From assembly GCA_963666285.1 (NCBI GenBank), contig OY762711.1: a stretch of DNA of 64,000 nucleotides; one strand, written 5' to 3'. Below are positions 1-11,104 of the stretch, piece by piece. Within the stretch, counting starts at the first letter, position 1. Each line of letters starts with the position of its first letter. Source of the stretch: Sedimentisphaerales bacterium (GTDB lineage Bacteria; Planctomycetota; Phycisphaerae; Sedimentisphaerales; SM23-30). Both the position numbers and the translations under genes were made by a program. The notes under the pieces are model-generated. The model saw nothing but the letters and a program-made list of their open reading frames with translations, did no database searches and was not told the origin of the DNA.

Positions 1-324
1 TTCTGTACCCACAGCATTAAAACGAATAAATGTGCGTTTATCAGTATTTATCTGATTCTGTTTAATAATAGTTTTGTACCAGCCAGGACCGCGGTAATAT
101 GTATCTCCATCCTGACCATCAGCAGCATTCCAAGTATGGGGAACCGTAACATCAGTCCAGCTTACACTATTATCAGCAACATCAATATCGCCTTTAACAA
201 ATTTCCAATCGGTAATCCGCTGTAATTCCCCACTTTCTACAAAAGTACTACCAAATGCTATGACACAAACCCCGCAAAGTACACAAAAAATGGTACAACC
301 AGTAACAATCATATTTCGCTTCAT
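1..324 (-). CDS. Glycoside hydrolase family 2 (beta-galactosidase-like), N-terminal part; runs off window
   Basis: Manual translation from ATG at 324: MKRNMIV...DWKF...VTVPHTWNAADGQDG.YYRGPGWYK...FIRFNAVG, the GH2 sugar-binding N-terminal motif. Confidence 0.85.
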   Translation of the reverse strand, partial: MKRNMIVTGCTIFCVLCGVCVIAFGSTFVESGELQRITDWKFVKGDIDVADNSVSWTDVTVPHTWNAADGQDGDTYYRGPGWYKTIIKQNQINTDKRTFIRFNAVGTE

Positions 325-400
325 CTTAACACCTACTTAATACTTCTATATCATTCATCTATAATTAGTTGAGTCATAAGGACTTAAATGTCAATTGCTA

Positions 401-2008
401 TTATTCTGTAAATCCGTAATACAGATACAAAGCACCATAAGTCCAGTTTGCACCTTTCATGCCGGGATAATTCAATCTATCCATAGTAAGCGACAGATAA
501 GGTGCAGAATAACCTTCCGGCAATGGAACTACATTAGGCCATATTCTAGTACCGCTTCGTTTAACCCATGGCGGCAGGTACATATCAAGTGTTCCTGCCG
601 ATTTAAGATCCGGATATGAATACACATAAACTTTTCTATCCGAACTGCCAAACAAGACATATCGTCTGTCACCAAATCTCTGAATCTGAGTTCCAGTACT
701 GTTTACTGACACCGGCCCTGCTACCAGCGTATACTGACCATCCCAGGTATCAGATTCTCTAATAACAGCTTTATAGCCTTTACAGTTTTCACAAAGCACC
801 ATACGCCATTTACCGGCATCCGAATCATAAATACACTGCGGGTCTTCATAATCTCCTACTAAACCTGTTGCTTTGGCGTTCATTATTGAAATACCTTGTA
901 ATGGAGATTTATCACTATGAACTGCCCAGAGTTCTTTTTTTTCTTTTTTATCCGGATCACCATAAGCTGAAAATCCGGTAGTAAAGCCACGCCACTGGCT
1001 TGCTTTTCTATCAAAGAAAATATTTGAAGCCAGATCATTTCTAAGCAGACCATCAGAACGGTCAAATAATATTATACCTTCAAATTGAATATCAAATACA
1101 GAAGGATTAAAACTAAAAACACCTTGTAATGGATGGGGCAACCCGCGCCCACGGAGAGTTGACAATACCCAAAGCCTGTCATCTTTGAAATATGGCGAAC
1201 CATCTTCATAAGTTACAAATCGTAAATCCGCCTGACCAATACCTGGTGATAGAGATGCCGTTAACCGGTCAATCTCGACAGCAGCTCCTGCATAAAGCAT
1301 ACTGTGCAAGCAAAACTCAAAATGCCGCATTAAGTTTTTTTTTCGCAAATCGAAATGTTTTACAAATTCAAAAGTTCCTATAAGTGAAATATTCTTATTC
1401 TGCTCTATAAATATATTTGCACCAACGGCAAGCATTTGAATTTTCAATGTAAGAGGTTTGTCACATCTTACAGCTTCTGTCAGTAGATATTTCTTTACAT
1501 CTACTTCAGCTCCATTTTTGGTAATTGTACTATTAATAGAGTCGAATACATTATTACTCCCCACCAAGGTAATACTGATACTACTATCTGAATCTGCATC
1601 TCTAAATATAATACCAACCTGCCCAGTCCCGGTAAACTTACTTAATGTAATATCATATACCGCAAAAGGGGTAAAGCTTCCAGCCCAGCGAGTAACGACA
1701 GAGTACTTCTCAGAACTCATAGCTAGTTTGCCATCTCTTATCTTTAACTCAAGATTACCGGAGTTCTCACCTACTCTTGGATGCATAACATCAAGCCCTA
1801 CAATCTTCGATGGATCAAGACCGGCAAGTGGAATATCCTGAGAAGAATCAAAAATCATTCTTTTAACTGCCTGACGACGAAAATGTATCTGATCAGGTGA
1901 TATTGGATCAGCATAAATACCGCTAGAATGGCAACTAAAGAATACAATTAAACATAAATGAGTCAATACCTTACAAATTTTTATATTAAACATATAGCTA
2001 CACCACAA
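401..2008 (-). CDS. Secreted hypothetical protein with probable five-bladed beta-propeller glycosidase-like C-terminal domain
   Basis: 535-aa ORF; signal-like N-terminus; GQAD/YEDG, YEDP and RIWPN motifs; glycosidase gene context. Confidence 0.55.
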   Translation of the reverse strand: MWCSYMFNIKICKVLTHLCLIVFFSCHSSGIYADPISPDQIHFRRQAVKRMIFDSSQDIPLAGLDPSKIVGLDVMHPRVGENSGNLELKIRDGKLAMSSEKYSVVTRWAGSFTPFAVYDITLSKFTGTGQVGIIFRDADSDSSISITLVGSNNVFDSINSTITKNGAEVDVKKYLLTEAVRCDKPLTLKIQMLAVGANIFIEQNKNISLIGTFEFVKHFDLRKKNLMRHFEFCLHSMLYAGAAVEIDRLTASLSPGIGQADLRFVTYEDGSPYFKDDRLWVLSTLRGRGLPHPLQGVFSFNPSVFDIQFEGIILFDRSDGLLRNDLASNIFFDRKASQWRGFTTGFSAYGDPDKKEKKELWAVHSDKSPLQGISIMNAKATGLVGDYEDPQCIYDSDAGKWRMVLCENCKGYKAVIRESDTWDGQYTLVAGPVSVNSTGTQIQRFGDRRYVLFGSSDRKVYVYSYPDLKSAGTLDMYLPPWVKRSGTRIWPNVVPLPEGYSAPYLSLTMDRLNYPGMKGANWTYGALYLYYGFTE

Positions 2009-2076
2009 ATGAATTATCAGGATGTTATTGTATTCTTTACATGTTTGCCTACTATTTAGTAAACCACTAAAATTAA

Positions 2077-2113
2077 TAAAACTGGCCCGAGCTCAGTTGC
2101 CGGACCAGTTTTT
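2077..2113. terminator. Putative intrinsic (possibly bidirectional) terminator
   Basis: AAAACTGGCCCG...CGGACCAGTTTT imperfect hairpin with A/T tails downstream of the 2136-4445 gene. Confidence 0.55.
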
Positions 2114-2135
2114 AACTAAATTTAATTATACTAAA

Positions 2136-4445
2136 TTAGAAACCATTTGCCAACCAGTTACTCGCCATAGCAGCAAAGTCAACCAGATCAACCACACAAT
2201 ATGAGGCTGATGTGTTATCAAAATTATATTCATTGCCAACAAATTCATGGTTACTACAAGGTGTAACACCTAACTCGTTTAGCATAGCATATTCATCAGC
2301 AATATCATCGCCAGATATTTCATAATTATAAATCCGAACTTCATCTATTGCACCAACCATAAATCCGCCAAGCATATGACGATTAGGCTGACCGTTACGA
2401 TAAGCACCGATCAGGTTACTTAATTCCCAAGGTACAAAGTTATTAGGATATGACTGAGAGTTCTGCGCAACCAGTTCACCGTTAATATAAACTTTAACTG
2501 TATTATTTGACCAGGTAGCGCTAAACATATGCCAATATCCATCATAAAATGAATAACCATCCATATATGAGTAACTGCCTTTTGCCTCACCTAGATATTC
2601 CCAGGAATCATCACGAACGATAATTCTTGCGGTATCATCATCGCTTAAATCCATAGCAAAATGATTTCCACCGGAATTATTACCATTTGCAATCACAACA
2701 GAACCATAGTCTAATTTAGCCCAGCAAAGAATAGAACCTTCATCCAGACCACGTCCTAAACCTACCCTGTCAAAATTCTCATCATCACGAATATCACCTA
2801 ATGTATCAAGAGGACCGGCTTTAGGATAACCTTCTGAATCCAGATCAATATATTCATCACCGTCAAGATACAAAGCACTACCTTTAATACCTTCCACTAT
2901 TGTTGGTTCAACTGTTATAGCAACATAAATGTTCGGATCATTTGCAGGAACAGTTTTAACTTCAGCCGCATCTCTTAATGTCCCAACTTCAGATGCAAAT
3001 TCACCGGTATCTTTCATCGGATCCTCTGAATTATCAAATGTATATTCTGACAATAACTTCTTAATTCTAACTAAACGTGTAGCTGTCTGTACATCATCAC
3101 TCGTTACAGTTGTACTAGCTACTGTATTCAATATACAATAATATTTGCCTTCATCATCCAAAGTTGGATTAGCAATAGATAAAGTAGCTGTTCCATCGCC
3201 AACAGTATCAGTAAATGCCACACTTATATCGCCACCAACTTCCAGCTTAACATCATCTTTATACCAGTCAGCTGCAACTACCGGATTCTTCGTTGTGTTA
3301 AATGAAACTGTAAATTCGACAACAGCGTCTGTTTCAAATGCACGCGCATCTACAGGCTGCTCAGTTATTACTGCAATCGAAGGTAGCGTTTCAAAAGACC
3401 ATGTCTCACCAACCAGACAATAATTTGGATCAACATCATCCAAAGTATTTGCCATAGAGAAGTTGTGAGAATGCCCATCAAGAGCATCTACTACTGTCCA
3501 GTAATAAACCGTATCATAATCCAGAGAAACGGTAAATTCAGATTCAACTAATTCTGTACCAGGATCACCAAGCTGACCGAAAAAGTATTGATTATCTGTA
3601 TCTGTACCAATAAATACAAACTCTTCAACTATATCAGAGTCGATATCGTAAATAGCCTCTGTATCAATCGCTGGTTTCCATTTCAAAGTCACATCTACAA
3701 CATTACTGTTTGCAACCTGGCTTACTGATTCATCATAAGGAATATACAATAAATCACCCATATGAATATTGTCAATATACAGATTTTCCGGTGGTGCATA
3801 ATTGCCAATACCTAGCAAAGCGACAAGATCACCTACAGACCCTGAACTTGCATTACGAAATGAAGAACCATAAGCAATCAAAGAGGCGTTCTTAAATATA
3901 GGCTCATCTTTTGCCATATATGCATCATAAGTATCATTTTCCTGGTCTATTATCGCCCAGACATGATACCAGGTCTCAAGATCAATAACAGTTGTATAAG
4001 AGGCTGAACCATTACGAACATAAATATTTGCCTGCCCATCTCCAGATCCGGTACTATCTCCAAAACCAAACTGTACTTCAAAATCACCATAACCATAGGA
4101 TGTCGAGGAATCTCCATCCCTATCTGAAAGGCCAAAGCTGTTATTAACATCCTCACTTACCATATAGACGCTAAAGAACAATACCGTACCCGTTGTATTA
4201 TCAGCTACAGTATCAATATTATTGTTAAATACACCTCGCGCACCGCTATCAAAACCAAAAATTAATACCTGGTTACCTGTACCGTCATCAACAATCTTAG
4301 TTGTACCGGTATTTGTAACTGCTGTCCATGGCGGAGAAGCTACTAATCTAGTTAAGCCAGTATTATAAGATTCAAAGTCATCCACAAGCTTTGCCTGACA
4401 CGCAACAGATAAAACCATCAATAAAGAAATTACAATTTTTTTCAT
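2136..4445 (-). CDS. Secreted LamG/concanavalin-like plus Ig-domain protein with C-terminal dockerin-like motif
   Basis: Signal peptide; Ig motif DEGKYYC; LamG motifs WHMFSATW...VYING, GAIDEVRIYN; C-terminal VDLVDFAAMASNWL typical of Sedimentisphaerales secreted proteins. Confidence 0.8.
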   Translation of the reverse strand: MKKIVISLLMVLSVACQAKLVDDFESYNTGLTRLVASPPWTAVTNTGTTKIVDDGTGNQVLIFGFDSGARGVFNNNIDTVADNTTGTVLFFSVYMVSEDVNNSFGLSDRDGDSSTSYGYGDFEVQFGFGDSTGSGDGQANIYVRNGSASYTTVIDLETWYHVWAIIDQENDTYDAYMAKDEPIFKNASLIAYGSSFRNASSGSVGDLVALLGIGNYAPPENLYIDNIHMGDLLYIPYDESVSQVANSNVVDVTLKWKPAIDTEAIYDIDSDIVEEFVFIGTDTDNQYFFGQLGDPGTELVESEFTVSLDYDTVYYWTVVDALDGHSHNFSMANTLDDVDPNYCLVGETWSFETLPSIAVITEQPVDARAFETDAVVEFTVSFNTTKNPVVAADWYKDDVKLEVGGDISVAFTDTVGDGTATLSIANPTLDDEGKYYCILNTVASTTVTSDDVQTATRLVRIKKLLSEYTFDNSEDPMKDTGEFASEVGTLRDAAEVKTVPANDPNIYVAITVEPTIVEGIKGSALYLDGDEYIDLDSEGYPKAGPLDTLGDIRDDENFDRVGLGRGLDEGSILCWAKLDYGSVVIANGNNSGGNHFAMDLSDDDTARIIVRDDSWEYLGEAKGSYSYMDGYSFYDGYWHMFSATWSNNTVKVYINGELVAQNSQSYPNNFVPWELSNLIGAYRNGQPNRHMLGGFMVGAIDEVRIYNYEISGDDIADEYAMLNELGVTPCSNHEFVGNEYNFDNTSASYCVVDLVDFAAMASNWLANGF

Positions 4446-4523
4446 TTTAGATCCTCCAAAAAAAAGTGTTAATAAAGTTTTCCAAAACCAATGCTTATGC
4501 TACATCGCATTAACAAATTACGT

Positions 4524-7316
4524 TTAATTATTACTATCAACAAGCCAGTCACCGGCAAAAATATCCAGATCTAGCATATCTACAATTCCATCTGAATCAA
4601 AATCTGCCGAAGGGACAAAAGCAGCTTCTTCCAGCCACTGCTCAGAAAGATAGCTAAAGTCGTCCAGATCAACAATACAATCCATATTCAAATCCGCCAT
4701 ATATTCCCCAGGCGCACACCCGATAATTGAGACATTATCAAAAACCGCACCATTAATTTTAACGGTGCTATGAGAACATACCGCTAGTCCGACATTAAGA
4801 TAGTCACCACTAATACCAGGCATACTACTGCCCATTAAAATCCAGGTATTGCCATCATAAGAGAAATAACAGTAAAACCTATTACCTAACCTTCTTATTT
4901 TCAGCCAGATATTATCAGTATCCGTATCAATTGTACTTAAAGATTGAGCTGTCTCACCACTACCACTTCGAACCACATACTGCAACGCCCCATCACCACA
5001 ATAAGACAACATTACCATTGCTGCATCATTTGTAAGCCCGTCACGAAACATAATGGCAGCTTTATCGTCAGAACTGGTATAATCATTTGATACAAATCTC
5101 GCTGAAATCTGACCATCGCCGTACAATTCTCTATATACATAGTGAAAACTATCTTCATCATCCCAGACATCACTGCCAGAACCATTTATCGAAAATGTTC
5201 CTTCATTATATCTGGCATTGCCGGCAAAACTTACATCTCCAATATCTGTGCTTTTCCACGGCCTGGGCAACTCACCATTTGATATCTGAAAGCACATAAT
5301 ACCGTCAAACCTGGCTGTCACACTCTCTGTAAACAGGCCAATTTGTGATTCAGGAAATTCTATTTCATAAGACATGACTTCCTGACCATCAATGAAGAAA
5401 TAGAACCTATCGTATAATTTTACAACACGTAGATTGTAGCTATTGGCACTACTAATTGGAACGAACTGACTAGCTAAAGCCTGACCGTTGAGCATCCCGG
5501 AAACCACAAATTGATTTTCAGCCAGGTCGAAACCGGCTTTAATATAATTATCCTGATCTATTACTGCAGCATAGATACCTGCAATCCCGTCTTCCTGCCA
5601 ACTGGTATAAACCTGGGTAGAAAATTCATATTGATGCATTAGATTACCCTTAAATATTCTACTATATTTGCTAAGGGTAAATAAGCCATCGCCTCCAACT
5701 GCCCACAATCCTTGACGACTGATATCCAGGCCATCGCCCCAACCTCTTATACCTTCATCAAATTCATCCCAGCCGATAGTGTAAATAACACCATCATAGT
5801 AAGCGGCTGCATGGTCTGCATATAAGCCGGGAATACCATCTCCAGCAAAATCAGTTTCGATATTAGCAAAATCCGGCGGCAACACATCATCAATCAATAC
5901 GCGAAACGCATTCCCATTTTTTTCAACGCGAATCTTATGATAAACTGAATAATCAAAATCTCCGTCAAATGAGCCGGCGCAAACAATCTGATCCGTTAAG
6001 TCAGTCTTTATCCGGCAATACCAGTTATCTAAATTATTGTCAGAACTGCGGTCCATACCTATTAACATCCAGTTATTTGCATCTTTGTAATATGCTACAA
6101 CTCCGGCCTTATCTTCTACATCTCTGTCCTGATCAAATTTCATATTAGCTTCAAATAAATAATTTGTTGCAGGTTCGCGATTAGCCAGGTTAAAACTGAA
6201 GCATTCCTGACTGCTCTGATACGCCTGATATTCTTCAACCTGCCAGTTCCCTTCATTCAATCCGGGAGACAACTCCAGCCAGTCAGACTCAGGTAATGGA
6301 CCATCTGGCAGATAAAATAAACTTCTTAACTGCGGCTCTACCGGCCCGGGGTGATAGCCAGGGAAAAGACTGATAGTAGGACCATCTACATAGAGATGCG
6401 TATCAAAGAAGTGTACCCGGTCTATACGCTGTGTCCTGCCGTTGCCTGTAACTCTTGGTTCTTTGGCAAAATAGCCTATCCATTTTTCAAAGCCATTTAA
6501 TCCTTCTATCAGCCATGGTTGGCCAATTGTTTTGATTCTATATTCGGTACCTTCATGCGTATAATACTTCATTGTGAGAACAGGGTCAGGATATTTACCG
6601 GAATTTGAGAACCCATTCGGAGAATCAGCCTCTACGCAGCCGATTGCATATTCTGCCGCTCGGGTATGATTGCCGTTATACAGCATATAATATCTATCAC
6701 GATATCTGAACACAAACGAACCTTCATTAATTTTCTCATCAACCAGCTCCCAATCATATATTGGCCAGATCTGAACATCCGGACTGCTGGTAAGGGTATA
6801 ATAATCACTCATTGTACGATAATCATTATGATTATTACTGACACCACCAAACCTGGTACTATAATAATGTAAAGAGCCGTCCAGATCCTTGAATGTTTTG
6901 ACATCAATACAACTGGTTTCAAAAGGTGCATCTACAGGTTCTGTATATGGCCCCGTAACACTATCACTTATAGCATGAACAATTTTTTGGTCCATATGGG
7001 CGTATAAATGGAATACACCATTGTCATAAGCAATATGCGTGCCATGAATATCTTTGTCACGATCATCATACCTTTGCTCATACCAGGTATTATCCCAGGA
7101 AAAGATATGCATACGCTCTCCCCATTCAGTAAGGTTACGAGATTGATACATATCGCCACTCAGCCAGTTTCCGGTAATATAATATTCACCATTATACTTA
7201 ATAACATCACAATCATTAATTGATGTATCATAACTGAATGGATTATCTACCGCTTTACCGCTTGAATTTATAAACAATAAAACAGTAGCCAGTATAAAAA
7301 TATATTTAGCTTTCAT
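4524..7316 (-). CDS. Secreted GH43-family glycoside hydrolase with lectin-like and dockerin-like domains
   Basis: Signal peptide; GH43-like propeller motifs (DCDV, IDVKTF, NEGSFV); C-terminal ADLNMDCIVDLDDF and ADFDSDGIVDMLDL repeats. Confidence 0.8.
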   Translation of the reverse strand: MKAKYIFILATVLLFINSSGKAVDNPFSYDTSINDCDVIKYNGEYYITGNWLSGDMYQSRNLTEWGERMHIFSWDNTWYEQRYDDRDKDIHGTHIAYDNGVFHLYAHMDQKIVHAISDSVTGPYTEPVDAPFETSCIDVKTFKDLDGSLHYYSTRFGGVSNNHNDYRTMSDYYTLTSSPDVQIWPIYDWELVDEKINEGSFVFRYRDRYYMLYNGNHTRAAEYAIGCVEADSPNGFSNSGKYPDPVLTMKYYTHEGTEYRIKTIGQPWLIEGLNGFEKWIGYFAKEPRVTGNGRTQRIDRVHFFDTHLYVDGPTISLFPGYHPGPVEPQLRSLFYLPDGPLPESDWLELSPGLNEGNWQVEEYQAYQSSQECFSFNLANREPATNYLFEANMKFDQDRDVEDKAGVVAYYKDANNWMLIGMDRSSDNNLDNWYCRIKTDLTDQIVCAGSFDGDFDYSVYHKIRVEKNGNAFRVLIDDVLPPDFANIETDFAGDGIPGLYADHAAAYYDGVIYTIGWDEFDEGIRGWGDGLDISRQGLWAVGGDGLFTLSKYSRIFKGNLMHQYEFSTQVYTSWQEDGIAGIYAAVIDQDNYIKAGFDLAENQFVVSGMLNGQALASQFVPISSANSYNLRVVKLYDRFYFFIDGQEVMSYEIEFPESQIGLFTESVTARFDGIMCFQISNGELPRPWKSTDIGDVSFAGNARYNEGTFSINGSGSDVWDDEDSFHYVYRELYGDGQISARFVSNDYTSSDDKAAIMFRDGLTNDAAMVMLSYCGDGALQYVVRSGSGETAQSLSTIDTDTDNIWLKIRRLGNRFYCYFSYDGNTWILMGSSMPGISGDYLNVGLAVCSHSTVKINGAVFDNVSIIGCAPGEYMADLNMDCIVDLDDFSYLSEQWLEEAAFVPSADFDSDGIVDMLDLDIFAGDWLVDSNN

Positions 7317-7338
7317 TTACTCTTTCCATCTCTCTAAA

Positions 7339-8481
7339 CTATTTTTCAACTATTATACTTTTAATTAAATCTACTTCATCCTGATCATAAGCTGTACCGT
7401 CCGGTCTTATTATATCATGGAACCATATTTCCGGCTCAGCAGTATATTCTTTCTGCCATGATTCCCATGGATACTGCGTCTGAATTTTGCCTGCTACAAA
7501 GCCCCAATTATAAGATCCTATCTTATTAGCCTTAAAGTAAGGTAAATGCTCCTGAAAAGTACTGTCTGCTGTTCTTGCCATGAACTCCGTACATAGTAAC
7601 GGACGACCAAAAGGCTTTATCGAACCAACCCGTTCTTTCATCCGATCAATACTATGATATCCATGAAAGGTAATAACGTCAGAATTTGCCAGCATAAACC
7701 TGTTTATCTCCGTTGCTTTTGGACCTACCCATTCGTTCACCCAGACTCCTGCTGTTAATGGCTGGGATGGGTTTATCTCCCGAGCCCAGATAAACATCTT
7801 TCTAAGCATAATAAGACCTATGTCTTCTTTTTCCTTTAACGAAATCCCATCTTCGCCATTACGGTTACCAGGTTCATTATATAAATCCCAGATTAACACT
7901 CGCGGGTCGTCCTTGAATCTGCCAATAATTCCTTTATAATAACCTTCAAGAGTGTTTTGCTTTTTGATATCAGTTAAAATATCAATATGAGGAGACTGTA
8001 CCCAGCCGGAATTATGAACATGTGGCTTAGGGTCCGGTTGTATACCTAATTGAGGTCGAGGGTTCCATACACTGTCGCAAAGAACAAACATTATTCGTAT
8101 TTTATATTTGTTAGCAACAGCAAGAAATTGATCTATACGTTTTATCAAACCTTCACTGTCCTGCTGCCAGAGCAGATCATGCAGAAAAACGCGATGGGTA
8201 TTCATGCCCATCTCGGCTGACCAACCAAGTTCTCTTGAAATAGTCTCCAGGTCAAATGTCTCAGGCTGCCACATTTCCAATTGGTTGATCGCCGAAGATG
8301 GTGTAAAGTTAGTCCCAACAAGCCAGGGCTGATTAGCATACCATTTTTCTGCTTTTCCTACGGTCCATTGTCCTGGAATCGTAATTTCAGAATTTCCGGC
8401 AATAACAGAATCATTCAATAATGTCATTACTAAAGTAATAAAAACAAACCTGACTAATAAATTCATGCAATAATCCTTCAC
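7339..8481 (-). CDS. Clan GH-A (GH5-like) glycoside hydrolase
   Basis: WDLYNEP acid/base and CTEFMAR nucleophile motifs; NQLEMWQ; signal peptide. Confidence 0.8.
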   Translation of the reverse strand: MKDYCMNLLVRFVFITLVMTLLNDSVIAGNSEITIPGQWTVGKAEKWYANQPWLVGTNFTPSSAINQLEMWQPETFDLETISRELGWSAEMGMNTHRVFLHDLLWQQDSEGLIKRIDQFLAVANKYKIRIMFVLCDSVWNPRPQLGIQPDPKPHVHNSGWVQSPHIDILTDIKKQNTLEGYYKGIIGRFKDDPRVLIWDLYNEPGNRNGEDGISLKEKEDIGLIMLRKMFIWAREINPSQPLTAGVWVNEWVGPKATEINRFMLANSDVITFHGYHSIDRMKERVGSIKPFGRPLLCTEFMARTADSTFQEHLPYFKANKIGSYNWGFVAGKIQTQYPWESWQKEYTAEPEIWFHDIIRPDGTAYDQDEVDLIKSIIVEK

Positions 8482-8509
8482 AAAATGATAAATATATAGA
8501 GAGTCTATT

Positions 8510-8543
8510 CAGATGCCGCCAGAATCTAATCTGACAGCATCTG
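8510..8543. terminator. Putative terminator/stem-loop
   Basis: CAGATGCCGCCAGA / TCTGACAGCATCTG imperfect inverted repeat between genes. Confidence 0.5.
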
Positions 8544-8584
8544 GAAAGAAAAGGTTTTTAATTTAACATATTCCCCAGTATTAA

Positions 8585-9373
8585 CTACTTTATGCGGCGG
8601 ATTCTGCCGACAAAAGCTGTCCCAAAGACTGCAAGAACCAAAGCTCCAGGTGCCGGAACTGTACAAACATATTCACCAAGGCTTACATTGTCAATCCAAA
8701 CATCCTGTTGATCCTGGGCTTTATATCCTAACCCAAGCAATGCTACAAGATCTCCAACTTCTCCTGCTGAGGAATTACGAAAAGCTGCATCATCTGCGAT
8801 GAGAGTTGCTGATGATAATTCATCACCTGTGCTTAAATATGCATCATAGGTGTCATTTTCCTGATCAATAACAGCCCAAATGTTGTACCATGTCTTAATA
8901 TCAATCTCAGTTCCTATTCCGGCACTACCATTTCGAACATAAAGGTTAACCTTGCCATCACCATTAGTTCCGCCATCTATAAGTCCAAACTGTACCTCAT
9001 AGTCATTAAAACCAAATATTGTACTTGAATCACCATTTCTATCAGTAAGGCCAAAGCTATGGTTTATTCTTTCAGCATTAATATAAAGACTGAATGAAAG
9101 TAAATTATTTGTTGTATTATTGGCCACCGGATCAAATTTATTGCAAAAGACCCCTCGTAAGCCTTCACTCCACCCATATGCCAAAACTTGATTACCGGTC
9201 CCATCATCAAAAATATCTGCCTGCCCGGTATTAGTGATCGCAGTCCAAACCGAACCAGCAACATTCCTTACATTTGTTTGCGAACTAATATCATAGCTTT
9301 CAAAATCATCATTAAAACCTGCTCTACATAGTGCTGCACATACAATCAAAACAACCAATACTGCCTTGTTCAT
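8585..9373 (-). CDS. PEP-CTERM-like (VPAPG) sorted surface protein
   Basis: Signal peptide; C-terminal VPAPGALVLAVFG...RIRRIK (motif, hydrophobic helix, basic tail). Confidence 0.8.
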   Translation of the reverse strand: MNKAVLVVLIVCAALCRAGFNDDFESYDISSQTNVRNVAGSVWTAITNTGQADIFDDGTGNQVLAYGWSEGLRGVFCNKFDPVANNTTNNLLSFSLYINAERINHSFGLTDRNGDSSTIFGFNDYEVQFGLIDGGTNGDGKVNLYVRNGSAGIGTEIDIKTWYNIWAVIDQENDTYDAYLSTGDELSSATLIADDAAFRNSSAGEVGDLVALLGLGYKAQDQQDVWIDNVSLGEYVCTVPAPGALVLAVFGTAFVGRIRRIK

Positions 9374-9409
9374 TTCTCCAATCCTCCAAAATAAACTAGA
9401 ATTTAAGAC

Positions 9410-11104
9410 TTATTCAAAAATCAATACAGGTTCTGCCCATAAAAACCAGTCAGAATAAATATTTGTCGGCTTTACATTCCTGCCACGTTTTTTATCATAG
9501 ATCTCTGCATTTATAGGCGAGCCTTCTGTAACTGCTATTGTTAAGAATTTAGCGTTTTCAGGTAATTCAACATTAACATTCTCTATCTGGCCGCCCTCTA
9601 CATTTTGTTTTCCATATACCAACTGGTTATCAACAAATATCCAGATATCCACTCCAGCAAGATCCAGGCCATTTGCGCTTTCACTTATACCACCTTTTGC
9701 ACAAAATCGTCTAATTTCTACGCCCGGTAAATCGTTACGAATAGCTTCCAGGTCATATGTAACTCCAAGGTTTGCATGCATGAATATAGAATGATTTCGA
9801 TTTGTTCCATACTCAATGTTCTCAAGAACAAAAGACCGAGCAAATTCGCTTAATGTCCCATATAAAAGATCACATGAATATAACCCGGATGTATCTGGAA
9901 ATTCTCTGAATATATAACCGTTAGAATTGATTTGACTTGACCCGTCTGGAACAAATACACCATCAACATACCTGATGGCCTGAGAAATATGATATTTTGA
10001 ATCACCTTGTCGAGCCTTAAACCTGAGTTCTTCATGCTTTAAGGATTTTAACATTCCTGTACTCGCTTCAATAACACAGTTTAGCTGTCCAGTCCCAAAG
10101 CCATTGCCACCACCAACAATATCAGAAAGATCCATTTTCTTTTGACCTCGCCATATTACGCCGGCATCTGAATCAATTTCACGTACAAAATATTCTTCTG
10201 CTAAAGGTATTGCCTGAATTTCATTATTATTGGCGTTAAACCTCCTGGCATGATTCTCTTTTAGATTTCGGCATATACTATCTGAATCTGGAAAACTGGA
10301 GTAATATTGAACTTCGCCCTTAATTACATGCAGCTCGGATGATTCATTTGATCCGACAAACACTCCAAATTCCGTCCCTAAATCGATAAACCTGGCATTT
10401 GGTGTATCGACCGCAAAGCCATGCCCTGATGACGGTACACTTGAGTATAATCTGCCGGAAATAAAATCAATACCTTTCTTTTCAATAGCAAACTCTGCCG
10501 GCCCTTCTATAATAACCTCAACCTTATTATCATATAATATCTTTACTATGCCCTTATCAATCTTATATGGAGGCTGGTTAATCTTGATCCTCTCATTGAT
10601 TTCAATCCCATCTGAATTACTATCCCATACAACATTAACTTGATCAACCAGCGTTGCTACTGGTACTGAATATTGAGGAGGGTATATATTCGCATAAATA
10701 ATAAAGAAGACCAATACTACAGCCGCTAAAGAAACAATACCATTGAATAAAGTAAAAAACTTGCTGGACTTAGAAGGTGATTTAGTGACTTCATTTTCGA
10801 TACTGATCTGCTGAATATTGCCTGCTTCATCTTCTACAGCAGGAGCCTGTGTTTCATTTGCCAGCATCTCTCTTATAAACACCTGCGTGTCACAGTCTTC
10901 AGCATTTTCTTCAAGACTGGAAATACCTTGCATGGTGTTCATATTTATATGAGACCATAATACGTCTAGATAATAATCAACAGCTTCAGGGTGTCTTTTT
11001 AATATCTCCTCGAGTTTAGTAAATTCCTCTTCTGAAATTGTTCCATTAAGTGAACTAACAGTCAAGTATGATATTTCATATATTAGTTTTTCATCCTGAC
11101 TCAT
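9410..11104 (-). CDS. FecR-family anti-sigma/sensor with C-terminal NPCBM/NEW2-like domain
   Basis: Single TM helix; FecR motif VDTPNARFIDLGTEFGV; C-terminal HANLGVTYDL...SDWFLWAEP; directly downstream of the ECF sigma. Confidence 0.85.
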   Translation of the reverse strand: MSQDEKLIYEISYLTVSSLNGTISEEEFTKLEEILKRHPEAVDYYLDVLWSHINMNTMQGISSLEENAEDCDTQVFIREMLANETQAPAVEDEAGNIQQISIENEVTKSPSKSSKFFTLFNGIVSLAAVVLVFFIIYANIYPPQYSVPVATLVDQVNVVWDSNSDGIEINERIKINQPPYKIDKGIVKILYDNKVEVIIEGPAEFAIEKKGIDFISGRLYSSVPSSGHGFAVDTPNARFIDLGTEFGVFVGSNESSELHVIKGEVQYYSSFPDSDSICRNLKENHARRFNANNNEIQAIPLAEEYFVREIDSDAGVIWRGQKKMDLSDIVGGGNGFGTGQLNCVIEASTGMLKSLKHEELRFKARQGDSKYHISQAIRYVDGVFVPDGSSQINSNGYIFREFPDTSGLYSCDLLYGTLSEFARSFVLENIEYGTNRNHSIFMHANLGVTYDLEAIRNDLPGVEIRRFCAKGGISESANGLDLAGVDIWIFVDNQLVYGKQNVEGGQIENVNVELPENAKFLTIAVTEGSPINAEIYDKKRGRNVKPTNIYSDWFLWAEPVLIFE

